Source: the human T2T-CHM13v2.0 reference genome, Homo sapiens | Assembly (NCBI RefSeq): GCF_009914755.1 | Contig: NC_060945.1 | Length of the DNA: 64,000 nucleotides | Strand: one strand, 5' to 3' | Part shown: in pieces, positions 42,326-56,506 of the stretch | Layout: every line of letters begins with the position of its first letter | Position numbering within the stretch: the first letter of the stretch is position 1 | Made by a program: the position numbers and the translations under genes | The notes under the pieces: generated by a model | Told to the model about the DNA's origin: nothing | The model's input: only the letters and a program-made list of their open reading frames with translations | Databases searched by the model: none

Positions 42326-43260
42326 GTAGTAAAATAAACGTAACATACAATGTATCGTTTTAACCATTTTTCGGTACACAGTTGAGTGCGTTAAGAACGT
42401 TCATACTGTTTTGCAGCCATCGCCACCGCCCAACTCCAGCACTTTTCATCCTCTTAAACTGCAATTCCCACCCATTCATCTCTGGCTCAGCAGCCCCTCC
42501 CCAGCCCCCGGCACCCCCCACTCCCCCTTCTGTCTCTGTGAATCTGTCCCCTCTAGGGCCCTCGCGTGTGTGTTCTTTTATGACGGGCTTGTTCCACTGA
42601 GCACGGCATCCTCAGGGTCCATCCTCGCTGGCAGCCATGCTGGGCTTTCCTTTTGTACGGCTGAGGCCTATTCCACTGTCGGCATGGACTACATCTTCTT
42701 TGTTTGTTTTTTTGAGACAGAGTTTCGCTCTTGTTGCCCAGGCTGGAGTGCAATGGCACAATCTCGGCTCACCACAAACTCCGCCTCCTGGGTTCAAACG
42801 ATTCTCCTGCCTCAGCCCCCCCGAGTAGCTGGGATTACAGGCATGCACCACCATGCCCCGCTAATTTTGTATTTTTAGTAGAGATGAGGTTTCTCCATGT
42901 TAGTCAGGCTGGTCTCGAACTCCCAACCTCAGGTGATCCGCCCACCTCAGCCTCCCAAAGTGCTGGGATTATAGGCGGGACCACATCTTCTTGATCCCTT
43001 CATCGGCTGACGGCCCCTCGGGCTGCTTCCTAGTATGGCTGTCGTCATGCTGCTGTGAACATGGGTGTACAAACCTCTCTGGGCCCTGCCTTCAGTTCTT
43101 CAGGGTCCATACCATTAGGAGGAGCGGCCGGATCAGGTGGTGGTTCTAATCTTTGAGGAGCTGGTACACTGCTCTCCCATAAAGGCTGCGCCATTTGACC
43201 CTCCCACCAACAGCGCACAAGGGGTCCACTTTGGTAAGGACCACCTTAATGGGAGCGAAG
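42326..43260 (-). mobile_element. L1MB-like 3' end, antisense, interrupted by an Alu
   Basis: TTTTAACCATTTTTCGGTACACAGTTGAGTG and GCTGCTGTGAACATGGGTGTACAAAC...CCCACCAACAGCGCACAAGGG. Confidence 0.7.
42700..42977 (-). mobile_element. Alu (AluSp-like, 5'-truncated)
   Basis: GAGTTTCGCTCTTGTTGCCCAGGCTGGAGTGCAATGG; TSD-like GGAC(T/C)ACATCTTCTT. Confidence 0.93.
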
Positions 43261-43769
43261 AGGTTGAAGAGCTTTTTTTAACCAAAATATCCACCAGGTG
43301 ACAACATGAACAAGTCCTTTGTTCTCATAAAGCAGCAGTGTGTGCCCTCTTGCTAGAAGGTGGTGAAGTCTTTCAGAGACCAGGAAATGGTTTGGCTGTG
43401 AGATTCTTCCAACTGCTTAATTTATAACCAGACTCAGAGAACCTGGCGGAGGATGGGGTAAGGATGGATGGTGCCGGCAGCCCCGGGCGGTGCTGAGACT
43501 TTCAGTGACTGAGCCCGGCCACTGGGGAAGGGTCCTGAGGAGGGGGCAGACCACGGGGCCACCTGTGGCTGCCGCAGGGGGAGGGGTCCTCTGCAGACGG
43601 AAGGCCATTAGTTCCCTGCAGTGAGGTGGAATGCAGGAGTTGGCTCCCTGCCCTCCTCTTTAAGATTTGAAACTTCTACAAGCCTGGAGGATGTGGCCTC
43701 TCAGGGAAGCCGCTTGGAAGGAAAGAGCTCCCAGAGAGATGAGAGAGAGAGGAAGGGAAAAAGTCAAGG

Positions 43770-45589
43770 TTTTTTCCTTCCAAATATTTTATTTAAATAT
43801 TAAATTAAAAAACATACATCAACTAATCATTTGGCATACATTTCTCATGTTAACATAAGAGATAAAATAATTCAGTTATGGTAAAAAAAAAAACTATGTA
43901 CATCTCAATCAGATCACGTAGTGTCTTTAAATAGGCTATTGCATTGCCGTCTGTATTACAGCACTGTCAAGAAATCTACAAAACACACATCACACACTCT
44001 TAAAAAAACAAGTAAAACACGCCTTTAACGTCCTCCAAAAGAGGTTCCACAGCAATAAGAAAAAACAAAAACCACCGTGAAAGTAAAGTGCTTGTCATTG
44101 CTTCAAAGAGGAAACACACAATGGTTTCTGAGGCCTTTGATCTATGGCATTAGAACAGAAATCATTTTAAAAAGGGGAAGGAGTTTTGTGTTGGAATCAA
44201 TTGTGCTACCTCTGTAAAAATGAAGGCAAGGGCCTGGCTGCCCCAAGATGGTCTGGATTCTCTCCCATCCCAAAAACTTCTTTATGAGCGAACAGGAGAC
44301 TTTGGTGTTTTCTCTGCGGCAAGGCACCTGGTCTGCCCTCCGGACAGCCTTTCGCCCAGTCTTTGAAACAGCCACAGAGCAGCAGCAGCAGCAGCAGCAG
44401 GAATGGGGGCAGCCAGCTTCCCTGCGGCCCGGCACAGGCACAGCCCCCGGTGGGCACCAGCAGGCCAGGGATGCAGCCTCCTGCACTGGGCCCGCCTCCC
44501 TACCCTCAAGTAACTGGGTCAATCTTTGGCTTTTAAAAATACCCGCCTTTCCCCTTTCTCAATGCCTCTGTTTAACACTGCAGGGTTTAAGAAGCCGAAG
44601 TAGCTGAAGGCACCTGGGCTGGGTTTGGGGGCGGGGACTGGACTCAGGGAGCAGCATTGCCTTCGTTGCCTTCCAAAGGCTTCTGGCTGGTGGAGCCCCA
44701 CGGAGTCCACCTGCTAAAGGTGCGCCCAGACCTGCCAGGTAAGGGCCGCCCCTTCCTGCCGCCTCCACCCCAGTGCTGAGGGAGCGAAGGCCCTGGGGCC
44801 CCTTCCTCAATGCACACCTGTGCTGACAGGGACGCTTCTTAACAACAGGAGCGAGGGAAGCTGAAACCTGGAACACAAACGTGTAGTACAAAATGTAACA
44901 AATAAGTAGTGTCTACCTGTCTCCCATGTAGATACATATACAGGATTTGCTTTAAAAAAAAAACAAAAACTTAAAAACACTGACCTAAACCTCTCACTTT
45001 ACCTTCCTTGAACAAAACCCAAAAAGCCTAGGTGGGGGGTGGGGAGGGGGGTCCCGGCCCAGGGCAGGCACCGCCCTGAGCCATGAGCCATGAGCCATGA
45101 GCCTGTCTCCCAGCTGCCCAGCCCTACAGTCAGCCTCCAATATTGCACAACTTCACCCAAGTCAGGTGTTCTTGTTGGACCCCATCATGAAATGCATAAA
45201 CGTCAGCAGCAGCGGAAACGGGAGGTGCAGCAGGAAGAAGCTTCTGGGCTTCCGCAAGGGCACGCAGGGGCTCAGGGCCAAGTGACCCTCAGGACGGAGT
45301 CCCCAGCACTTTGAAGTCACCTCTGCCCTCTCTGAGGTTCTTCCTGCCGTTCCTCCGCAGAGTCCTGGAAAACTAATCCTTGAGCAGTTTATGAAACTTC
45401 TCAACTAAAATAAGAAAAAAAAGTCTTCCAGGTTTTGATTTCAGGGGAGAGAATTCCTAGAATCTGTAGATGATCTTTGCCTGGGCTGCTTTAAAACTGA
45501 TACATGAAGCAGAAAGTTCACAGTTTTCCTTAAAGCAGAAATCAGGAAGTGGAGAGCGTTGACTAAAGAAATGGATAGTAATCAATGTA

Positions 45590-45622
<33 letters not shown>

Positions 45623-45996
45623 GCGGACAACAATGCGCCCGCTCGTTTCCGTAGACGTCCGAGGTAATCATCTCAACCACGACGAACCCAGAGAGAGGGG
45701 CCGAGATCCCCACACCACGGCACTGCACGTGTTCCCTCCACCCCGCTCCCCTCCTGCCCCCGCCCCCAGACACGCCCCTCAATTATCTTTCTTCCTAAAG
45801 TTTCCAGTCCCTACTCAAAGTTGAGGTCACTCAGTGCAAGAAAAAAATAAAACAAAAATAAACTAAAAAGCCAAAACACCTAACGTATTGCTTATTTCGC
45901 TTCTAGAAAGTTCTTGGCTTTGAGGCCAGATGTCTTCACCTCCTCTGAAGTTATTGCTGTAAGAGTCAGTGTCCGTGCCAGGATGCAGGGCTGCCC
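43770..45996 (-). other. SIK1: SIK1 3'UTR (~2.2 kb)
   Basis: Runs from the TGA at 45997-45999 to the poly(A) signal. Contains (CTG)7 at 44380-44400, (TG)n at 45594-45620 and (TGGCTCA)~4 at 45077-45103. Confidence 0.85.
43788..43793 (-). terminator. SIK1: SIK1 polyadenylation signal AATAAA
   Basis: TTTATT on the plus strand at the end of the AT-rich 3'UTR, followed on the transcript strand by a U/C-rich downstream element. Confidence 0.8.
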
Positions 45997-46372
45997 TCAC
46001 TGCACCAGGACAAACGTGCCTAGGGAGCAGGGCATCAGGTCCTCCATCTCACAGTCCCCCTGCAGCAGCCCCAGGGGCTCACAACCTGGGGCCAGCCTGG
46101 CCAGGCGTGGTGGGGGCACAGCGGGGAGGGCGGTGGGGCCGGTGCCAATGTGCAGGTGTGTGTCCAGGAGCTGCGCCGCTGAGGCCACCGGGGACGCGCC
46201 GGTCTGCAGGAGTGGGGGCGGCAGCAGCGGGAGCCCCGACGTGAGGAGGGTGCTGGGGAGCGGGGCAGCCCCAGGGCCATCACAGGGGGCGATCACAAAC
46301 GGGGCAGGGGCCGGCTGGGGGGCCTGGGAGCAGCCGGGTGCAGCGGCCGGGTGGTGCTGTAACTGGAGCAGC
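45997..46372 (-). CDS. SIK1: SIK1 exon 14, coding part (LLQLQHH...GTFVLVQ*)
   Basis: Acceptor cccacAG|G; stop TGA at 45997-45999; 376 nt. Confidence 0.97.
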
Positions 46373-46797
46373 CTGTGGGAACAGAGGACAGGTGGTCACT
46401 GCGCCGGCTCGCAGGGTTCTCGGGTTTCCGAGTGCCCGTGTGGCAGGGCCCGCCCGTGGAGCTGCCAGCCGCGGCTGCCGAGGGCAGGTGCGTGGCTGAT
46501 CCCTGACCGCGCCCCACCTTTCATTCTCCACCCGGTTTCTCAGCAGCTCAGAGATGCGGCCACAAGGCGCCCTCGCTCCCCGCCACCCTCACCCACCCAG
46601 GGACTTTAAAGGACACGCCCGCCTGCTGCACCCCCATGGCTCAGCACCTAGGACCTACGCCCCACACATCTCCCTGGCTGGGAGCGGGGGTGTGCACTGG
46701 GCTACAGAGAGGAGGGAACCACTTAGCAGATGAGGTTCCTCGAGGAGATAACCTGCCGTGTGCCCACCCGGGGTCCCAGGGCGGGGGCAGGCCCTAC

Positions 46798-47029
46798 CTC
46801 TGCTGCTCTAGCACCTCCTCCAGCAGGCTCCAGCCCTCCCGGCTGCCGGCTGCGCCGCCGTGCAGGCCTGGGCTCTGTGCAGGGGCGTGGAAGGGGCTCA
46901 GGCCGCCCCTGCTGGCCCGGCTGGCAGGGACCTGGCACACCTGGCGAGCCAGCCCCTTGATTTTGTTCAGTCCCAGAAACCCTTTGGTCCGCGTGGTCTT
47001 CCTCAGCTGCTGCCGAAAGGCCTTCAGCC
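46798..47029 (-). CDS. SIK1: SIK1 exon 13 (LKAFRQQLRK...EVLEQQ)
   Basis: Acceptor ctgcAG, donor GTaggg; 232 nt; RK-rich region. Confidence 0.97.
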
Positions 47030-47514
47030 CTGCAGGGAGAATGAATCAGGAGGTCAACGGCCACCCGGCTCTCAGCCCAGCATCCACGGCCCTTGGCTTA
47101 AGGGGTTTCCAAGCCTCAGGTTGGGGGTAAGGAAAGGACGGGTGACACAAGCACGTCTGGACAGGAGTCTGGCACCTAAGCCCCAGGATGGCGTGGAGGC
47201 AGCTGGCAGCCAGGGGCCCTCCCTCCTCCAAGTCGGGAGGTGCTGCCCAGCACAGAGTCGTCTCCTGTGCTTTCAGAACCAGCCATGGAGGCCGCGTGCT
47301 CAGGGACCCATGTGTGTCTATCCCAGCAGGCCGTGACGCCCCGAGCCACCAGAGCACTGAGCACCCCAGCCTGCCCAGAGCACTGAGGGTCCCACCCAGG
47401 CCCGGTGGAGAACAGGGGGTGCCATCTGCCATCACGGACAAAGTCACGTACTGCCAGAGACACACATGGTCCCCTGGGGAAGGTGGAGGTAAGTGTGGGA
47501 GGAGCGTGGCTCAC

Positions 47515-47796
47515 CTTGAGTCAGTGAGGTGTCCGACGCCCGCCGTCCCTCCTGGAAGCTGACAGGGAGCAGAACAGCTCCTCCCAAGCCCCCCTGAGCC
47601 TGCAGCACTGGGGTGGCGGACTGCGACCCCAGGAAGGGCGAGGCCAGCCTGACCGGGGAGCAGGCGCCCAGCAGCCCCTGAGTGGCCGGGGTGCCACTGA
47701 GCCCCGCGGGGCTTTTGCTCGCAGAGAAGGTCAGACAACTGTCAGAGCTGGTTCCCTCTGCAGGACTTGCCGTGGTGGAGGGGGAGACGACTATAC
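47515..47796 (-). CDS. SIK1: SIK1 exon 12 (IVVSPSTT...RRASDTSLTQ)
   Basis: Acceptor ccacAG, donor GTgagc; 282 nt. Confidence 0.97.
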
Positions 47797-48275
47797 CTGT
47801 GGGGGGAGGACAGCGCTTTTGATGCTGCAGTGCAAAGGAATAGGCTCCCCCGGCCACTGCTGGGCACACATGGCTGCGCTGGCCTCCCCATCCCCACCAT
47901 CAACCTGGTGGGAAGAGGGCTCGAGGCCACCAGAGCCCAGGGAGCCACAAAGGCAAGCCACCATCACGGTGCAGCTGCAGGGGGCAGGTCATAGTGGGCC
48001 TCAGGCCAAGGGGCTGCCCTCCCGGCACCCAGGGGCGGCCTGGGGAGGACCCTGCTGGAGGCCAGACCCCATGCTGTATCCTCCACTGGAACGACCACAT
48101 GCAGGGCAGGCTCTAAACATCAACTGTGTGGTCTCAGGGATTAAAACAAATGGCAAATCCTGAGAAGTCCAACCTGAGAGGCTGCCGGGCAAAACGTCCA
48201 TTCTAAATTAGCCCACCCTCACGTCGACCGTAAGCCTATCCACCGGTGTCCTCCTGGGCCCCCGGGGACACTTAC

Positions 48276-48492
48276 ATGGCGCGGTGAGTGGGGAGAGGCG
48301 GGTGGAGACCTCGGCCAGGGTGTGCCTCCGGCCCGTGCTGCTGGGCAGGGACTCCTGCGTGTCCTGCTCCTCCTCTAGGCCCGGCCCCTGCCTGGCCTCC
48401 TCACTGATGGCTGTGTCCAGCAGGCTGCTTGGGGACACGGGCCGGGGCCGGAACACTCCGCTGCAGCTGGCATCCACCGGGAAGAACAAGGG
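48276..48492 (-). CDS. SIK1: SIK1 exon 11 (PLFFPVD...RRHTL...TAP)
   Basis: Acceptor acgcAG, donor GTaagt; 217 nt. Confidence 0.97.
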
Positions 48493-48607
48493 CTGCGTTG
48501 GAGAGACACAAGCCAGTGACTTCTCGGACTCCAGGTGACCCGGGCACACCGGGGGCACCAGGGCTGGGCTGAGGCGAGCCCTCTGCACACCCGCTGTGGG
48601 CACTCAC

Positions 48608-48733
48608 CCACTGCAGCGAGCTCTGGAGCTCACAGTCCATCTCGGCCTGGAGGACGGACTGCACCAAGGTCTGCGGCTGCGGGCACAGCAAGGCAGGTCG
48701 GAAAGGGTCGGTGGAAAGACCTTCCTGAGGCAC
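48608..48733 (-). CDS. SIK1: SIK1 exon 10 (VPQEGL...SSLQW)
   Basis: Acceptor ccccAG, donor GTgagt; 126 nt. Confidence 0.97.
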
Positions 48734-49113
48734 CTGGGGCCGGCAGACGGGAAAGACGCTGTCAGGGGAGCGACTCCGGACCACCAGCGCCATCAAGAGA
48801 AGAAACAAGCTGGCTTCTGTCTGGAGTGCAAGCTGCCTCGCTGGTGGGCATGACAGCTGACGGAGGGACACTGGCTGGCCAGGCTGGGCTCAGGACCAGG
48901 TGCTGGTGCTGCGCTGCCAGAAGGTGGCGTGACAGGCCGGCCCCAGGGATGAGTCAGGGACAAGTGGCCTCTGGGCAGAGTCCAGCCCCCAGCAGCTGGC
49001 ACCCCCTTCCCCACGAGGCCTGGGACCCGCTGCCCACGCAAGGAACCGCCCTCCAAACCGGTGCCTGACAGGGGAGGGAGCCTGGGGCCTGGGAGGAGAC
49101 TCCTCCCCCTCAC

Positions 49114-49260
49114 CTCCAAACCACTGAGGTCCGAGCTCCGAGGCCGCGGCTGCCTGGCAGGCCCGGGGCGGGCGCACTGGGCATTCCGATACTCCTTGAG
49201 CCGCTCAAGGAGGAGGTAATAAATGGCAGCAAAGTGGTTATAGCTGCTGTTTTGCAGTGA
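49114..49260 (-). CDS. SIK1: SIK1 exon 9 (SLQNSSYNHFAAIYYLLL...SGLE)
   Basis: Acceptor tcccAG, donor GTgagg; 147 nt; C-terminal half of the UBA domain. Confidence 0.97.
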
Positions 49261-49488
49261 CTGGGAACAAGAGGAGCAGAGATCAGCATGGGGATGGCGG
49301 GGAGCCCCAGGGCCCACCCGATCCCAGGTTATTCTTGGGTGACTGAGAATATCCTTTAGTGGGGTGGACAAGCCGGCCCCTAAATTAGCCTGTGCTCCCG
49401 TTTTAACTCAGCTGGTGAGTGCCTGCTTCCCCTGAGACAGCTGCCTAGCCCCTGCGGGTGAGGCCAGGGCAAGTGTGGCCAGGCTCAC

Positions 49489-49712
49489 CTCCACCGTCCT
49501 CTGCCGGTCCACGCCCAGGGTCTGCATGATACCCAGCGCCTGCTCATCGTAGTCGCCCAGGTTGGAGGTGTAGCTGTGTGCGGAGAAGGCGGGGCAGGCG
49601 GGTCCCGGCAAGCAGGGCTCAGCCCGCATCCACCGGTGCTGCCGGATCTGGGCGATGGTGATGCGCCTGGCGGGGTCCACCACCAGCATGCGGCGGATCA
49701 GGCTCTCACAGT
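49489..49712 (-). CDS. SIK1: SIK1 exon 8 (CESLIRRML...RQRTVE)
   Basis: Acceptor ccacAG, donor GTgagc; 224 nt. Confidence 0.97.
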
Positions 49713-50199
49713 CTGTGGAGGGGCCAGGAGGCTGAGCCAGGGCGGCCGGGACCTCGGCTGCGCTCCCACCCACCGCCCCACGTGGTTTGACACGCCAGGG
49801 CCCAGGAGCAGGGGCCGGGCCATCGGCTCAGTCCTGCCACCCAAGGGGAGCCATCAGCCAGGGATCCAGACCCTGGGGGCTGCCACACTTTGTGTCCACC
49901 ACACAGAGAACCACTTAGGTTCACCCTTCTGCCGTGCCCCACACCTGAGCACCAGGTGGACAGGCATCTTTATGACACAGAAAAGCCGGGTGAGCCACAG
50001 CCAGTGGGTTGGACTCAGGGATGATGCCAGCACCCTGGGTGCGGGTACTGGGCGGGGACGGCAGGCGCAAGGCACAAGCCTGTGCAGCAAGGGCACCCGT
50101 CCACCCTCGAAATAGGGCACTGAGAAGGCATCCATGGGCTGGGTTTCTCCCGCAGCCCACAGTAACCTGGGCCTGATTCCCAGACTCAACAAGGACTCA

Positions 50200-51292
<1,093 letters not shown>

Positions 51293-51622
51293 CTAAAGAA
51301 GAAAGACCTGACATTTAACCGCACAAAAAAGGCACAAGGCAGCGCTACAAACCATCCACCAGAACCCCAGGAAATTTCTAACTTCTCTAGGACAAAGGCA
51401 TTCATCATTTAAAAATGCAAAGAAAAAGAAAAATTTCTCAAATAAAAAAAAAATAGGAGATTCCTACTCACAAAGACAGCTTTGAAAAATCAGAGGTGAA
51501 TTCCTCACTGACTTGCCTATCCTGATACACCTTTGCTCTCACAAAAGGTCTAAATATATTAGAATTCCCCTCTGTGGTCATATTTAATTCAAGACACCTC
51601 ACATACAATTTGAGAATGCTTA

Positions 51623-51903
<281 letters not shown>

Positions 51904-52360
51904 AGGAGAGACAGTATTCTGAAGGCTACAGAGGAGGAGATTGCTGGAAGTCTGCTGGGCTTTATAGAAGCCTAGTAGGCAACAGATGATTCCAGCCAAC
52001 GGTCAGAGCCACCTGGGTAATAGAGAATGCACACCCCATTCCCACTCGCTTGATTGACAGGATGAATGACGCTGTGGGAACCCAGCTTTATTGACAGGAT
52101 GAATGAGGCTGTGAGAATCCAGCCTCATTCACTCAGCATGTAGCCATTCACTCAGCATGTAGCCACACAACAGCCATGCCAACATAGCCCTTTGAAGTTC
52201 ATTCACTAATCAATAACTTTATTTTACTTAAAAAGAGATTTAAAAATATAACTTATGTCTGTGAGTATTGAAAAATTTTGGAGAGGATGAGGCAATATAT
52301 TCTTATGAAAAAAGATTTTTTTGGGTTCAAAATATAGTTATTCCTTTAAAAAGATGCTTT

Positions 52361-52662
52361 GTGCTGGAGGTGGTGGCTCATGCTTGTAATCCCAGTACTT
52401 TGGGATCACCCAGGCTGATCACTTGAGGTTAGGAGTTCGAGACCAGCCTGGTCAACATGGTGAAACCCCATCTCTACTAAAAATACAAAAATTAGCCAGG
52501 TGTGGTGGCGCGTGCCTGTAGTCCCAGCTACTTGGGAGGCTGAGGTAGGAGAATCGCTTGAACCCAGGAGGTGGAGGTTGCAGTGAGTCACGATCCATAG
52601 CGCCACTGCACTCCAGCCTGGGCGACAGTGAGACTCCATCTCAAAAAAAAAAAAAAAAAAAA
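52361..52662 (+). mobile_element. Alu (AluS) in SIK1 intron 3
   Basis: Plus-strand Alu; TSD AAAAAGATGCTT. Confidence 0.93.
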
Positions 52663-52938
52663 AGATGCTTCAAAGATTGCTGCTTTGAGTTATAAATCTA
52701 AAAAGAAAAGTGTTCTATAAATTCTAGCAGTTTGGCAAGAATTTTAACTGCCCCGCCCCTGTGGGTGGTACAATAACTCTAAGACCACTGCTGACCCGTC
52801 CCCAACTGAAGAAAGGGAGGAGGAGGAAAAGAATTAAAAGTCAAAGTGTTTGAACTTTTTGAAAACTTGAAAAAAAGAGGGAAGTGTCTCAGCAGGGTTC
52901 TGGGGCCCCGGCCAGCGGAATGAAAATTAGACACTAGT

Positions 52939-53392
<454 letters not shown>

Positions 53393-54633
53393 TCAGCAGC
53401 AAACACATGGGCAATTTGTTTCTTTAACGGAGCTAATTCCACACAATGGGCAAAGGAGAAGAACAGGAAGAAAAGGAAGGTACTACCATTAGGGTTCAGC
53501 CCTTGAGCAAAGTCAAAAACAAAACCAGCTCAGCCCACTCCTGAGGAAATGGGCTGGGCACGCTGCACAGGCAGTACACCAGTGGCCATGGAGCACACAA
53601 CTTAAAAATGACAACAGAAACAAAACACAAACCAGGCGCACACGGCATGAATTCTGTGCTTAAAGACACTGAGCAAACTGTCGTAAGCTCCACCAATACT
53701 GCTACTTTTATTTTCAATCTAGTGCAGAGGCTTTTGGGGGATAATTTCGAATCATAATTCTCTCTCCTACCACACTGTACACCGAGCTGTCCTAATTGCA
53801 CAAACACACACAACAACATCCCAGAGTCATCTCACATTCCATTTCATAAGAATCATTACGAGGAACTTCAACCCAACACAAATGGATGAAATAGCACCTG
53901 CAAAGAACTTCTTCTGCAAGAAGACTTGATTTCACCTTGCAAAAGTGGTCATTTGTCATTAGGGAGGTGTAAATGATTGCTTTGCTGTTCTAATTAAATT
54001 AGTACTTATTTCCTGATGATATAATTTATTAATTTCAACATGAGAACAAAAATTAAGTCACAAAATAAACCAACAGAGAGACAGGGCAAGCCATGTTCCT
54101 AGCATGGATTAAATGACAAGCTCCTTGCTCTTACTATGGAAAAGTATTTTCATCTCTCCGTTTTTCATGGAAGAGTTTAAATAGGGAAAACAAATGCTCA
54201 CTACTGTCCTTGCAAAAATAAACTAATGAAAACCAGTAAGAGCAGCTGGCTTTAAAGTTTAATAATTATCTGCAAAGGCAGAAGTTTCCAGTTTCACTCA
54301 AATTTGTCCTTTTATACTAAATGCGTGACCTGTGGCAATACCTACAGATAAGTTTGTCTGTTTTCATAGTAAAGCAAATTTACAACAGACTTCTACACAT
54401 TTAAAACTGGATCAGGTTAGGATACTAAATAAAATTCTAATGAAGCAAATCTCAATTATGATCCAAAAGCAATAAAATAATTGTAAATATATCTGCACAG
54501 CCTATAAAAATCAATCTATTTACCTTATACAACCAAATGCCCAACTTCCACACACTCCCCAAAAGGGAAGCCACCTTCAGAAATTGCAGACTTATGCTGT
54601 TGGAAATAAAATATAACACATTTGCCAGGATTA

Positions 54634-54777
<144 letters not shown>

Positions 54778-55153
54778 CTACAAATTTAAAAAGAAAAAGG
54801 ATATTCTGTGGGTTTTTTTAAAAAAAGAAAAGAAACCCTCAACCTAATTTACACATTTCATTTTTTGCAAGTTAATTTCTCAACACTCTGTCTCCAGAAG
54901 GTCACAAGAAGTTGGGAAAACATAACCAAAGTAACCACTAATGTTATTTAAAATAATCAGAGTTAAGTAAGTGACTTAAGTATTTGCAGGCTCACTTTAC
55001 AGGGTTTAGCTCTGAGTCCATGAACCACTGCAATCTTAGGTTGGTCCTTTTTTTTGCTATTATCCTCTCTGCTTTCTCCCAATATATGTCCAAATTATGC
55101 AGCAACATAATATAAAGCATTATTTTTCTTTACCGAACTAAAAACGGTTACTA

Positions 55154-55465
<312 letters not shown>

Positions 55466-56263
55466 TCAGAGCCCACCAGCGCCCCCGCCGCCCGCGGTCG
55501 GCTCCATCCGTGCCCGCGGAGCCCCCAGTCCCCACGGGACGCAGGGACCTGCTCCCACGCCTGTCGCCCCCACTCTATCCACGGGCCCCTCCAGCCCCGT
55601 GGGAGGTGTGGACCCGCCCCCGCCGCCCGCTCCACCCGGACCCCCGACCCTCTTGAGCCCCGCGGGGCGCACGGACCCGCTCTCATAGAGGCCCCTGCCG
55701 CCCGAGTCCGGTTCCGTCCCGATCCCGGGACCCCCTGAGCCGGGATTCCACACTCGCCTCCCGCCGCCCGCTGTCGGTTCCGTCCCCACCCTCGACCCCT
55801 TTAGCACCTCTGGGCGCGGACCCGCTCCCACACCTGGCCCTGCCACCCGAGGTCGGCTCGATCCGGATCCCAGGACCGTCCCCTGCCCCGCTCCCACACC
55901 CTGCCCCCGCCGCCCGCGATCCGTCCGGTCCCCACCCCCGACATCCCAGGCACCTCGGGGATCGCGGACCCGCCCCCCACACCCGGTCTCTCCGCCCGCG
56001 GTCGGCTCCAACCTGACCCCCGGCTCCCCAGCCCCTGAGCCCCGCGGACTCACTCCTACCCCGGCCCCCCAACAAAGGGGAGCCCGAGGGCGGCCAGGCC
56101 GCCAACCCCGCCCGCGAACCCCGCGCGCGCAAGGCCAGGGACCCTGCGCGGTGGCTGCAACCCCGAGCCCCGGCCCGGCGCCCGCGCGGAGCCCCCACGG
56201 CGGCCACCTCCGCCCGCCCGGAGCCCGCCGCTGCCGCCGCTGCCGCCGCTGCCGCCGCCTCAC

Positions 56264-56385
56264 CTCCGCCGCCACCGGAGCGCCCAGGCCAGGAAGCCGC
56301 CCGCTCGGCCGCTGGCGCTGCTCGGGTGCCTACTGCTCCGGCTGCCGCCGCCGCTGCTGCTGCCTCCGGGGCCGCGCCGCATGTC
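56264..56385 (-). other. SIK1: SIK1 non-coding exon 1 (5' end approximate)
   Basis: Donor GAG|GTGAGG at 56264/56263; GCG/GCA-rich 5'UTR. Confidence 0.8.
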
Positions 56386-56419
56386 AGCCCGGAGCCGCCG
56401 CGCTCCGCCGCACGCGGCG

Positions 56420-56490
56420 CCCGGCCCCGCCCCGGCCCGCCCCGGCCCGCCCCCCGTAGTCCCCGCCCCCTGCCCCGCCCCCGCCGCCCG
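56420..56490 (-). promoter_or_regulatory. GC-box (SP/KLF) cluster with G-quadruplex potential
   Basis: Multiple CCCGCCC motifs immediately upstream of exon 1. Confidence 0.7.
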
Positions 56491-56506
56491 GGCGGGGGCC
56501 GCCCAT

